Shown: one piece after another, positions 1 to 11,395 of the stretch
Layout of the letters: the number at the start of each line of letters is the position of its first letter
Position numbering within the stretch: the stretch's first letter is position 1
From: Podarcis filfolensis
Lineage: Eukaryota
NCBI GenBank assembly: GCA_964270895.1
Contig: OZ185444.1
Length of the DNA: 64,000 bases
Strand: one strand, 5' to 3'
Position numbers and translations under genes: made by a program
The notes under the pieces: generated by a model
Databases searched by the model: none
What the model was told of the DNA's origin: nothing
The model's input: only the letters and a program-made list of their open reading frames with translations

Positions 1-78
1 TGCATGTGGAGGAGCAGAGACGTGAACCCGGTTCCTCAGATTACGAGTCTATCGCTCTTAACCACCACACCACACTGG
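1..78 (-). mobile_element. Squam3-type tRNA-derived SINE (long lacertid form), 5' part, cut by the window edge
   Basis: Reverse complement reads ccagtgtggtgtggtggttaagagcgatagactcgtaatctgaggaaccgggttc..., the same head as the full copies at 33554 and 46696. Confidence 0.85.
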
Positions 79-688
79 AGTTCCTCTACAGGAGCCTACA
101 TGGTCATATGGTCCAGAGAAGCAATAATTTAGCTTGGCTTGCCATGCCATGTGTGAACCAGTCCTTGTAGGGAGCCCAGCAGGCTCAGAACTAAGACTAT
201 GTACATATTAGCGACTTGAAACACAGGAATGTCAGCCCCTCCTGAGCCTCAAATCACTTTTTTACACACCAGATATGGGGGCGGGGGTGTCGTCTCCTGA
301 TGGACAACACCTGATTTTTCTCCCTTGCCAAACTCCTATTCAGTAAAGCAGACTCCTGGGCAAGAGCTGTTACCTGTGCATCCACAATGGCTGTTAGAAA
401 TGTATGCACCTCAGCTTGACTGAAACTTACGTTTTCAAATTGGATGGGAATTGGTTTAAGAGAAAACACATCAATCAGTAATGAGAGACTATGTGTGAAT
501 ACTTAGTGGCAATACGGCAGGGTGATAATGAGATGACATTTCTCTATTTTCTTCTTTCTTTGGACAAGATCCTCTGATCCTGAGGAGAAAGTTAGATTGT
601 AAGCACATTCTTTCTCTTCAAAGAATTATGGAGACTGTGGTTTACCCCTCACAGAGTTACAGTTTCCAGGAACCTTTAACAAACTACA

Positions 689-762
689 GTGCTGCTTCGG
701 CAGCACATAGACTGTACTAAAATTGGAACGTTACAGAGAAGATTAGCATGGCCCCTGCACAA
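689..762 (+). pseudogene. RNU6: U6 snRNA retrocopy, 3'-truncated (about U6 nt 1-70), flanked by a 13-bp direct repeat
   Basis: gtgct-gcttcggcagcacata(gactg)tactaaaattggaacgttacagagaagattagcatggcccctgcacaa matches the U6 5' stem-loop, the ACAGAGA box (733-739) and the AGC triad. The 3' ~35 nt and the U-tail are missing. caaactacagtgc occurs at 680-692 and 760-772. Confidence 0.93.
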
Positions 763-2010
763 ACTACAGTGCCCAGAATTCTTTGAGGAGAATAATGTGA
801 GTTGATTGTGGCTTAAATGCATAGTATGTACGCAGCCTATAGGACAGGACAATTGAACATTTACCACAATGTCGTTCACTTTCACCCTGTGCATCATTGT
901 GCACCCGGGATGAAAAGTCTCCTTTATAATGAGCACAACAATACATTCCTTACACTCCAGCTACCGTTTTCCAAGGGCAGAAAGACATTAAAAGGTGCAA
1001 GATGAGTGAGTTACATTTTATTATAAGCAGCGTATTTACAACATTAAAGGGTTCATTTTATTTGCCAAAGGAGAAATAATCCATGTCACATCGAGCTACG
1101 AACACAACCTTATTAAACAAACAAAAAACTAACAAAACATGGCACAAATATGAGAGAAACGCTCTACTCCCTCTTCTAAAGTATGCGTTTGACAACAGCT
1201 GCTACAGTTCTGGCTCAGGAAGCAGGTGTTAGACCACCTACAAGCTCAAAATGTTTTCTGTACCAAAATCATGCAGGCTTGCATGGAGACTTCAAAGAAC
1301 GGAGTCGGATGCAGCAGCAAAAAAAACTCCCCCAAAAACCAACAACGGTGGAATGCTGACACCGCCATTCCCTTTATTGCCTTAGCCCACTGCTATGAAG
1401 AGAGCCAAACAAATCTGTCAGATGAGAGGAAGAAAGCATTTTTCTCCTTTCCCCCAGTTCCTTAAGTGCTTTTGGAAGGGATAACTTTCGTCTGGATTGG
1501 TTGCTCACTTTCTGTAATGCCGCACTCTGAGCATAATTATTGCATGATTAACTTAGAAAGACGCAGTCTTGTATGTGTGTACCAGATTACTTAACTGAAG
1601 CTCCTATGCCATCATAGGATGAATATAAAAGTGTTTTAGTTTTCAGGCCCGGTGCTGCTTCCTTTCTGCATGTTTTTATTGGCCATTGAAACTATCTCAA
1701 GTTTTCAGAGAAGCATTTTTTTTAAAAAAACAACATTTTACATAAAATCGGTCAGGACTGACTTGAGACATTTGGCAGCCTAATCTAGGAGATGTGCCCC
1801 AGGGTCTCCTGCAGGTCACAGAAGAAACTGGAACACATATCTCTCAGATCATGGCAGGTTGCTTCATTGGCCCTTACTGCTGCTGATTGCTTGGGTTACC
1901 TGAATAGGTGGGCCTTGTTTGCCTTTAGTTCAGTGTATAGCAGTGGCTCTCAAACTTCTTTTTCTGGGCCATGCTTTCAGAATAAAAATTCACTTGCACT
2001 TTTTAAATAA

Positions 2011-2245
2011 TGGATTTGGATTTGATATCCCGCTTTATCACTACCTGAAGGAGTCTCAAAACAGCTAACATTCTCCTTTCCCTTCCTCCCCCACAACAAA
2101 CACTCTGTGAGGTGAGTGAGGCTGAGAGACTTCACAGAAGTGTGACTAGCCCAAGGTCACCCAGCAGCTGCATGTGGAGGAGCGGGGAATCAAACCCAGT
2201 TCACCAGATTACAAGTCCACTGCTCTTAACCAGTACACCACATTG
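2011..2245 (-). mobile_element. Squam3-type SINE, near full length
   Basis: Reverse complement of the 33554 copy, running from the (ggattt) tail to the tRNA-like head. Confidence 0.9.
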
Positions 2246-3303
2246 CAAAACAAAAACAAAAGCACTCCTAGCAGTGCTTGATTTCTAACATAAAGCACAA
2301 CTACTTTATAATATGACCACAGGACCTGATCCAATGCACCTCGTTCGTTTTGTACCTCATGTACTATGGGCCTGATCCAAACTCCCATTTGAATGAATTG
2401 GCAGCTTCTCTCCCTATGCCCATGGCTATGGATTGGATCCTGGGTTTGCAATGTATACCATTGATCCTGCAAGCGGAGGGTAAGTATCTATTACGGCCAG
2501 CTCTTTCTTTTAATTACGGCAATCCACTCTCATTATTTAATGGGGATGCTTATTTAGGATATTCTCCTGCCTTCAACCTCATTTGGAAACACTGTAATTT
2601 AGCCTCACTTTTGGCACCAAGATTTCAGCCTCGCTCTAATTAAGGCGAACAAAGTTGTGTTAAAACTTGATTGTGGCAGCTGAGAAGAATTTCCACACAC
2701 AGAAGGAATGCTCCTGCTGAATACAACACTCTGCTCCCTTGGTTATTCTTCTGCCACACCATCTGTCCTGAAGTCTGCAACCAAAGACACATGTTTAACA
2801 GCTTCGGTACATCACTTGGAAGCCACTGAAGAGCTAGTCCTATCTATCCGCTACCGATAATATTGTACTGACATTTGATCAAATTGTACTGATCAATATA
2901 GTACTGACGTTTGATCAAACTGCAAATCCGTGCTATAGTAGATGTTTCAAGGTCTTCCAGCATAGTTAATGGTATCCGTTTCTCAAAGCATCTCTTGTAG
3001 CATAAAGGAGATATCACAGAAGGTTTAAAACTTTAACCCAGGAAAATAGCAACAATTGCTCCAAAGAATGTTTAAGTGTCAGTGCTATTGGGAAATACAA
3101 GCACAACTCATTCAATGACGCACTCCTGCCAATTGTGTGCTCTTAAAAAATAAAAGTAAAAGTAGAAGTATTTGGGGAGATTTAGCTTTAAAAATAAAAA
3201 CAACAGATTAATGCAGGAACAGAACATAATTATGGGTAAAACATGTGAAAGCGATTCAGACTAGAAATAATCTCCCTGAAATTGTCTAGGTGTAATCACA
3301 GTT

Positions 3304-3656
3304 GGGACATGGGTGGCGCTGTGGGTTAAACCGCAGAGCCAAGGACTTGCTGATCAGAAGGTCGGCGGTTTGAATCCCCACAACGGGGTGAGCTCCTGTT
3401 GCTTGGTCCCTGCTCCTGCCAACCTAGCAGTTCAAAAGCACGTCAAAGTGCAAGTAGATAAATAGGTACCACTCCAGCGGGAAGGTAAACGGCGTTTCTG
3501 TGTGCTGCTCTGGTTCGCCAGAAGCGGCTTAGTCATGCTGGCCACATGACCCAGAAGCTGTATGCTGGCTCCCTCGGCCAATAAAGCGAGATGAGCACTG
3601 CAACCCCAGAGTCGGCCACGACTGGACCTAATGGACAGGGGTCCCTCACCTTACCT
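3304..3656 (+). mobile_element. Sauria SINE (Squam1), full length, 11-bp TSD
   Basis: Head gggacatgggtggcgctgtgggttaaaccgcagagcc and (acctt) tail. TSD taatcacagtt at 3293-3303 and 3657-3667. Confidence 0.93.
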
Positions 3657-5330
3657 TAATCACAGTTACCTGTGGAAAAGCCAGTTTGCCTTCAGACTTT
3701 TAGTTGTTTGTAGGAGGAATTCAAACACATATCAGAATTCTAGGTTTACACAGTTAATCAACTGGTTGACTAAATACACTTGAATACTCTTTGTTCTATA
3801 ACCTCCCTGTAAACAAATCAAAACACATCTCAATAAAAAGCTAGTCTTCCAGCAGAATTGGAAGACTGGAGATGATAGTTCATTGATACTTATATTTACT
3901 TTATGTTAAAGTCCTTATTTATTTATTTTTAGGCTGAAATCTGTGTAGACATGCATAGGAATGTAATGTTGTCGAATACACATCTGTAATGGACTCCACA
4001 GGAAACGTCCTTAAATGATGGATGTGAAACAATGTGAAACAATGAAGCAATATTTACAAATGCAGTTTGGGCTCTTTGTAGATATAATTGAAAGGGACAA
4101 ATTATTTTACTGGAACCTCAGAGAGGAATTAAAGCTCATCCAACCACATCAACTTCTAAAGTAGGAGCAATAGTTGCTGCTGGCCTTTCAGATGCATTCA
4201 ATGATTTTTCTATGACTTCACTCACATTCTTTGGCAACTGCGAGGCTCGCAAATGTTTCATTTTTATTCTCGTTCGCCTTTGATCGCAGAGCGAGTCACG
4301 GACCATGACCCATGTGGCATTCGTAGCTAAGCGAAGTCCTTAGCACTTTCCCTTACTTCACCCATGGTCTTGCTGATCTCTTCATCACTTTTTTAAAAAG
4401 TGCTTTAAATTATTTAACTCAATTACAGTTACATCCTGCAGCTTTAAGCAACAGACGCTCAATACCAGCCTCAAGGAGATGACACAAGCATTGGGTCTTG
4501 TTATTGTCATATAAAGACATGCTTTATCCGAGGGGTGGCTAACCTGCGGCCCTGCAGATGTTATATTCTCACTCTCATCCATCTCAGCTGGCATGACCAA
4601 TTGCCAGGGATGATGCAAGCTAAAGGGCTATAGATAGTCACCTCTGCTTTACGAGTCACTGTTTGTCCTCAGATCTGAAAGATGAGAATAAGCTGCAGCT
4701 GGATTTCTGAACGTCAGTTTTGATGCCTGAATACAAAGTGCATACTGTGTCAGTTGTGAAGGCTGCATGCTCTCATAAATAACATCGCTTCCTTTTAAAG
4801 TGGAATAGATTAGTGCCTGGGAACAGGCCGATGCCCTAAGGGAAGTTTGTTGGCTTACTATTCTAGACTGCAAAGCTTTAGACTGAAGGAAAAGGTACCA
4901 CATTTCTGAATGATCCCTAATGCAAAACCAGCCAGCCAACAAATACCTGCATGCAATAAACCAGGACATCAGTGAGATGTTTCACACAAGCCTCTCTGAT
5001 GTGCTAATTTACTACAAGCTGTTTTCACATTTAAAAAAATATGTCCTGCCCTTGCAGTCTGAATTGGGACCCAGTTCACATAATGGGTCAAATGGCAGGG
5101 GGTGCTTACTGAGGACACAAGAAAGCACAAACAGGCAGCCTAATTCCCCATCTGACTTGAGGAACCTTTTTGTGTCCAGTCCAGAAGTTGAAAAGTGTGA
5201 GATGCTGCTGCTGTTTCCTTGTGGCTGACTGACAGCTGAGAATTGGCAGTGCTGGGAAGGAATTTTACCTAGGTCCCTGACTGGTGACTGTAATCTGCAG
5301 TTTATAGCTTACCCGTAGCAAATCATAATA

Positions 5331-5567
5331 CAGTTGTACCTTGGAAGTTGAACAGAATCCATTCCAGAAGTCCATTCGACTTCCAAAACATTCGAAAACC
5401 AAACAGGAACCAAAACCAGGAAGCTCCTGCAGCCAATCGGAAGCTGTGGAAGCCCCATCGAACATTCGGCTTCCAAAAATAGTTTGCAAACAGTCATTTC
5501 CGGGTTTGAGATGTTCGGGAACCAAAATGTTCAAGAACTAAGCTGTTCGAAAACCAAGGTATGACTG
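5331..5567. mobile_element. Tc1/mariner (Tigger/pogo-like) MITE
   Basis: Termini cagttgtaccttgg...ccaaggtatgactg with TA on both sides. Confidence 0.85.
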
Positions 5568-6230
5568 TATGTTTGCTAGAGTTTGGCCAGCTAGTATCTG
5601 CAATCCTTCCTTAGGGCACAATGCATGTGTGTGTGGGCGGGGGGAGCAGGCTCTTTGCATTTAGAGCACCCCCTAAAATGGTGTTAGAGGTAGGCCAGCC
5701 CATCCTGGGGGTTGGTGCACCACCCCCACCCCCAGATTGTTGTTGGTGGCAGTGGTGTACGGTGAAATTCTTCATAGGGGAACAGTCAGGGCCAGAGATA
5801 CCAGTTTGCAAGGGCAATGTCTTGAGTCTCAGTATCACACCTGACTTCCTAAACAGGGCAGAAGCTCCCCAGGCTTTGGGAAGGAGGTGCCAGGAGAACA
5901 TTTAGGGGACTAGCTTAGTCCCTCTAGTCCACTGACTGCCCACCACTGGTTGGTGGGTGGGCCAAACGTTATATTTTCTTCCCTAGGTATGTTTCCTAGC
6001 AGGTGGACTGGGGCTTCCACTGTCGACATTTGGGGTGCCAGTGAACTGGGGGTACCTGGGCATGCAACACAACATTTTCTGAAAGTTGCAATCCATAAAA
6101 TTGTGGCCTGCTTTTTTTCGGGTGAGGGTTGATGCAGTCTCTGTTCTTTCTCTCCCTAACTCTACTCCCTGCTACAGGCTCAAATAATTGCAGATGCCAT
6201 GAAGACCAAGCTGTGGCCCACAAAGATATA

Positions 6231-6594
6231 TGTTGTTGTTTAGTCATGTCCGACTCTTCGTGACCCCATGGACCAGAGCACGCCAGGCACTCCTGTCTTC
6301 CACTGCCTCCTGCAGTTTGGTCAAATTCATGCTGGTAGCTTCGAGAACACTGTCCAACCATCTTGTTCTCTGTTGCCCCCTTCTCCTTGTGCCCTCCATG
6401 TTTCCCAACATCAGGGTCTTTTCCAGGGAGTCTTCTCCTCTCATGAGGTGGCCAAAGTATTGGAGCCTCAGCTTCACGATCTGTCCTTCCACTCAGGGCT
6501 GATTTCCTTCAGAATGGATAGGTTTGATCTTCGTGCAGTCCATGGGACTCTCAAGAGTCTCCTCCAGCACCATAATTCAAAAGCATCAATTCTT
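6231..6594 (-). mobile_element. BovB (RTE) LINE 3' fragment
   Basis: Minus strand encodes RIDAFELWCWRRLLRVPW...LQYFGHLMR...WLDSV...VHGVTKSRT, followed by a (caa)n tail. Has a 7-nt deletion near 6491. Confidence 0.95.
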
Positions 6595-6675
6595 ATAAAA
6601 TAAATACTACATTTTAAAGCCAGTTGTAAAAAAACAACCCTATTCATTCAGGAACCCTATTCATCCAGGGGAAAA

Positions 6676-6817
6676 CAGGAAGCTGTCTTATACCATTGCT
6701 CCATCTAGGCCCGTATTGTCTACACTGACTGACTGGGTCAGGATTTCAGGCCGATGCTGGGGATTAGACCTGGCGCATTCTGCATGCACAGCAGATGCCC
6801 TAACTACTGAGCTATGG
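6676..6817 (-). mobile_element. Degraded tRNA-Ala-headed SINE with CR1-like tail (Squam2-like)
   Basis: Minus strand has a tagctcagtagttagggcatctgctgtgcatgcagaa head and a ...gtataagacagcttcctg tail. Confidence 0.65.
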
Positions 6818-6828
6818 TTTAGCAAGGG

Positions 6829-6977
6829 CAGTGCCTTTCCCCCCTAAAAAAATGTTATGGGGTACTCTCATTTTCCTATTCATATTGAAATACTGCCCCT
6901 CAATGAGGCCAAACTTAGGTTCACAAAATGTTTAGGGGTATGCGTCCCCCTGTGTCACCCTAGAAAAAAAAGCACTG
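6829..6977. mobile_element. hAT MITE (cagtg.../...cactg family)
   Basis: 8-bp TSD agcaaggg/agctaggg with one mismatch. Body matches the copy at 28181. Confidence 0.85.
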
Positions 6978-7975
6978 AGCTAGGGTATGCAAATATGTTG
7001 GCTCTCAGGGAGGAGATTGCAGCTGCTTTGCTCCTCCCCAGTCCTTTTAGCTGAAGGTGATATGGCAGCTGAACCAAGGTTTGTTTTTGCATGGCAACCA
7101 AACCCGGGATCGTGATTAAACTCTTTCCTCCCTAACCACAAGGTTAACCTGTAACCAAGGTTTGTTCCTGGGAACTAATGTATTCCTCTGGTTTCTTATT
7201 CCTGGTGATAATTATGATTAATATTAGCAACCCTTCCATTTCCTTTAGTAACATCTGTAGGAAATCAAGCCTGATGGTGTTTTGCAGTCAACAGCTGCTT
7301 AGTATTACATTAAGTGAAACAGATAACAGTTCCTTATAGATAATCTCATCTATTCTTTATTTTATTTTAAACTTTCTCTCCCCCCCCCCCCCGCTTTATT
7401 GCAAGATTAATGTTTTCAAAGGCCTTGGTGCTCTTGGGAAAGCCATACATTCTTCTTTGGAAAACTATTTCTTGTTTTCAGTATTTTATAGTAAACTACA
7501 TTCACTCCAAAATAAAATTTCGCAGAGCTTCAATATTTCTCTGGAATATACACCATATGAAAACAAGAGCTTCAGTCTCCCTCAGTAATTTCCTGTCCTG
7601 AAGTGATTAACATATGATATTAATTACATTGTTACAAATTCCTAATAACTACCACCCTCCCAATCACCAAAATTTGAATTTTATTAAAATACCTTCTGGA
7701 TCAGAGCATGCCAGTCATACCATCTATTTAAATTTCACATCCAGACACCTGAGAAGCTCACAAGCAAGACTGGTGTTCCACACCACCCTTTGTCTTCCAG
7801 CAAATGATAATCTGAGGCATTTTGTCTCCAAACATGGAGCTTTTACTTACAAGTGTCACATGCAACAATTCATTTTATTGCAGAGGTGACTAAGCTTTGG
7901 CCCTTCAGATGTTGCTGGACTACAACTCCTATAATCTCTGACTATATTGGCCAATATTGGCCAATTGACTATATT

Positions 7976-8439
7976 GGTCTGTATAGTTAAAGCTATGGTT
8001 TTCCCAGAAGTGATGTATGGAAGTGAGAGCTGGACCATAAAGAAGGCTGATCGCCGAAGAATTGATGCTTTTGAATTATTGTGCTGGAGGAGACTCTTGA
8101 GAGTCCCATGGACTGCAAGAAGATCAAACCTATCCATTCTTAAGGAAATCAGCCCTGAGTGCTCACTGGAAGGACAGATCCTGAAGCTGAGGCTCCAATA
8201 CTTTGGCCACCTCATGAGAAGAGAAGAGAAGCCTCCCTGGAAAAGACTGTGATGTTGGGAAAGATGGAGGGCACAAGGAGAAGTGGACAACAAAGGACGA
8301 GATGATTGGATAGTGTTCTCGAAGCTACCAGCATGAGTTTGACCAAACTGCGGGAGGCAGTGGAAGACAGGGGTGCCTGGCGTGCTCTGGTCCATGGGAT
8401 CACGAAGAGTCGGACACGACTAAACGACTAAACAACATC
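7976..8439 (+). mobile_element. BovB LINE 3' fragment inserted into a hairpin MITE
   Basis: Encodes IVKAMVFPEVMYGSESWTIKKADRRRIDAF... and ends in an aacaaca tail. TSD atattggccaa at 7944-7954 and 8440-8450. A gagaa duplication near 8225 causes a frameshift. Confidence 0.95.
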
Positions 8440-8509
8440 ATATTGGCCAAACTTGAAGGCTAGAAGTTAGCCACCCCGTTTTAATGTATCCCTAGCCTCT
8501 AAATTTAAA

Positions 8510-8645
8510 CAGGGTTTTCCAAACTTGGGTCTCCAGCTGTTGTTGGACTACAACTCCCATCATCCTTAGCTTGCTGCACCAGTGGTCAGGGATGATAGGA
8601 ATTGTAGTCCAAAACCAGCTGGAGACACAAGTTTGGGAAACCCTG
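8510..8645. mobile_element. Palindromic hAT-type MITE
   Basis: TIRs cagggttttccaaact/agtttgggaaaccctg with internal actacaactccc...ggaattgtagt arms. TSD not clear. Confidence 0.8.
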
Positions 8646-8668
8646 CTCTCAAACAAGAGTGTCTAACT

Positions 8669-8809
8669 CGGGCTTCTTCAACCTCGGCCCTCCAGATGTT
8701 TTTGGCCTACAACTCCCATGATCCCTAGCTAGCAGGACAGGACTGGTGGTCGGAGATGATGGGAATTGTAGTCTCTAAACATCTGGAGGGCCAAGGTTGA
8801 GGAAGCCTG
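8669..8809. mobile_element. Palindromic hAT MITE
   Basis: TIRs cgggcttcttcaacct/aggttgaggaagcctg. Perfect 8-bp TSD gtctaact at 8661-8668 and 8810-8817. Confidence 0.9.
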
Positions 8810-9133
8810 GTCTAACTCCTTTTTTGCCAAAAGGGTTAAAGAGTCAAAGTGGCCAATGGTCAGCACCCCATAAGTCTGGATAAGTTTCAAGTTTCAAATA
8901 TCTTCTAAGCTGTGGCTGGAAATTGAACAGTGAATGTTCCTGCAGGATGTCATTAGGCAGGGAATTCCAAAGGGTAGGTGCTGTGGCAATTAGATTGCTT
9001 CAAGAGTGGAGTTTTGTGTGCATGGCTTGTGTTAAGTAGCTCTGAATGAATGAATGGCCTATTAAAGTACTGATCTGCTGTTATGTACGAGCAGAAGCAG
9101 AGGAATTGGTGGCTGCATTCAGTTGTAGTAATA

Positions 9134-9357
9134 CAGTGGTCCCTCAGTTTAAGAACAGTCCAGTTTAAGAACGATTTGGTTTACAAACTCCGCAAATCTG
9201 GAAATAGTATCTTGGTTTGAGAACTCTACCTCGGTCTAAGAACAGAATCCGAACAGTGAAAGGGCACTGGCAGCGGGAGGCCTCATTAGGGAAAGCGAGC
9301 CTCGGTTTAAGAACAGACTTCCAGAACAGATTAAGTTCGTAGACCGAGGTACCACTG
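9134..9357. mobile_element. Tc1/mariner (Tigger-like) MITE
   Basis: Termini cagtggtccctc...gaggtaccactg, TA-flanked. Confidence 0.88.
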
Positions 9358-9375
9358 TAGATGCTTCTTCAAATA

Positions 9376-9612
9376 CAGTCGTACCTTGGTTCTCCAATTT
9401 AATCCATTCCGGGAGTCCGTTCAACTCCCGAAATGGTTCGAAAACCAAGGTGCGGCTTCCGATTGGCTGCAGGAGCTTCCTGCAACCAATTGGAAGTCAC
9501 AGAAGCCAGATTGGACGTTCGGCTTTTAAAAAAGTTCACAAACCGGAACACTCATTTCTGGGTTTGCCGATTTGTTCGACAACTAAGGCGTTCAACTAAC
9601 AAGGTACCATTG
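9376..9612. mobile_element. Tc1/mariner (Tigger-like) MITE, same family as 5331
   Basis: Termini cagtcgtacctt...aaggtaccattg, TA-flanked. Shares the cctgcaaccaattggaag core with the 5331 copy. Confidence 0.85.
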
Positions 9613-10307
9613 TAGTATTTAATGATATGGCCGGTGGTACTACCTGTGCTTCACCATGCAATGGATTTGTGGTACAATATTCTTAGTCTGTTCACTTCCT
9701 CACTCCCAGCATAAGATGGTTCCAGTTCACTATAACTGCAGTCGGAGAGGTAAGCAATAGAGCAGCATGCAATTTCTGGTTGAGATGCTCAGGATGAAGA
9801 AAAACAAAAGTGTCGTTAGAAAACAAGAGCGAAGCTGGAATTATTCTTGGCCCACCAAAGATGATTCCTGGTAGTTCAAAATGGAGGCCCAAGCCCTTCT
9901 CATGATGGGAGGTCTGAGTAAATGAACGTGGCCCTTCCTTTGTTATTGCTGATAAGGTCCAACATTAAGATTATGGTTGCCAAACATATGGCTTTGCCAG
10001 GAAATTTAACAAAAGCTGCTTTGATCCCAGTCATCGCTGAACTTTAAGAATATACTGCCTCCCATCCCAGGTCTGCTTTCACAAGTTTCCTCAAACAAAG
10101 AGCTCTGTGTTTATTTATCAACAAGATAATTTGCTAACATTTCCCTTTTAAAAAAATACTTCCACCAGCTCTGTCTTGGACGGAAAATAAAATATATAAC
10201 CTCAACTATGTAGAAAGATTGTGATGTTGTTGAAAGGTTAATAGCTCTTTCTTCCTTTATGACATCTTTTGGGCCTTATTCAGATGCCATCAATACCTTC
10301 ACACCTG

Positions 10308-10357
10308 TCTTCTTCTTCTTCTTCTTCTTCTTCTTCTTCTTCTTCTTCTTCTTCTTC
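10308..10357. repeat. (TCT)n microsatellite
   Basis: About 16 perfect units. Confidence 0.98.
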
Positions 10358-11395
10358 GCCCAATTCAGCAAGTGTTGCATTTTCTTAAACCTCCTAAACT
10401 GTGAGGGATTGTCCAGATGAGCTTTTTTTCCAGCTGGGTATGGATAGTCCACAAAGTCAGCTGTGCAGAGTTAGCTGCCTCAATCCTGAGCCAGAATATG
10501 GAGCATGTGAATAAGGTGAAAACCGGTTGGATCCAGGCAAGACAGAAATGATAGTGTATAGTAAGGTGGTCTAATTCCCTGGAAGATGTTGGATTTGCTT
10601 GAAAGTCTCTTGTGCTCTGTGCAGGCCTAGCACCACTAGTAGAAAATGAGATTTGTCAGCTATACTATCTCTTAGACAGCAAGTTCTTTGCCATGGTCAT
10701 GCATGTTTTTGGTAACTTCTGGGATAAAAAGTCCTGTAATGTGCTCTGTCTACAGCTATCTTTGGTTTTGAAGCTTCAGCTGGCAAGCGTTTCAGCCCAC
10801 CTCTTAGCTGGTGAGGAGAGCCATGTTCATACTCAGACAATACTGTGACGATGGAATGATTATCTGTTTACTTCTGTCCTCAGTTCAAAGTGTTGCCTTA
10901 ACCTAGGCCCAAGACATTTTGGCACCTGAGGTGAACCACAAAATGGCTCCCCGCCCCCCGCCCCCTGTTGCTGTCAGAAAGCCGACAATGAGAGGGAAGG
11001 AGTGAGTGAAGACCTACATCAGGAACAAGGGAGGGAATAAAGATCTCCAGTGGCACGAGAAGACCATAAGTGCCTCCTATTTGCCAAGAGGTCACTGTAG
11101 CAGTGGCAATGGGGTGGGGTGCTGCTGAGGAGCCAGCAGATCAGGCCTCCAGATCATTGTTCCCCATGCCATGCAACAAAACAGGATCCCTGATTGTGGG
11201 ACAGGTGCCAGGGACCAGAGCAGGGAGGCATGATGGAAGTGAAGATGTTGTGGGCCGGGCCGACCATATCCACATTTTTGAAAGTTCAGGTGGATGTCCT
11301 TTAGGGATTATCAAAGGCAGTGTCAGCAGAGGGGAGTAGAATGCAAAGTGGAGGATCAGAAGACTCTGGAATGAGCTTCTATGGAAGGTATGGCA

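Noticed and set aside
689-762. Functional U6 snRNA gene
   Set aside because: It lacks the 3' third and the U-tail, has an insertion and a TSD, and the upstream sequence is repeat DNA rather than a PSE/TATA promoter.
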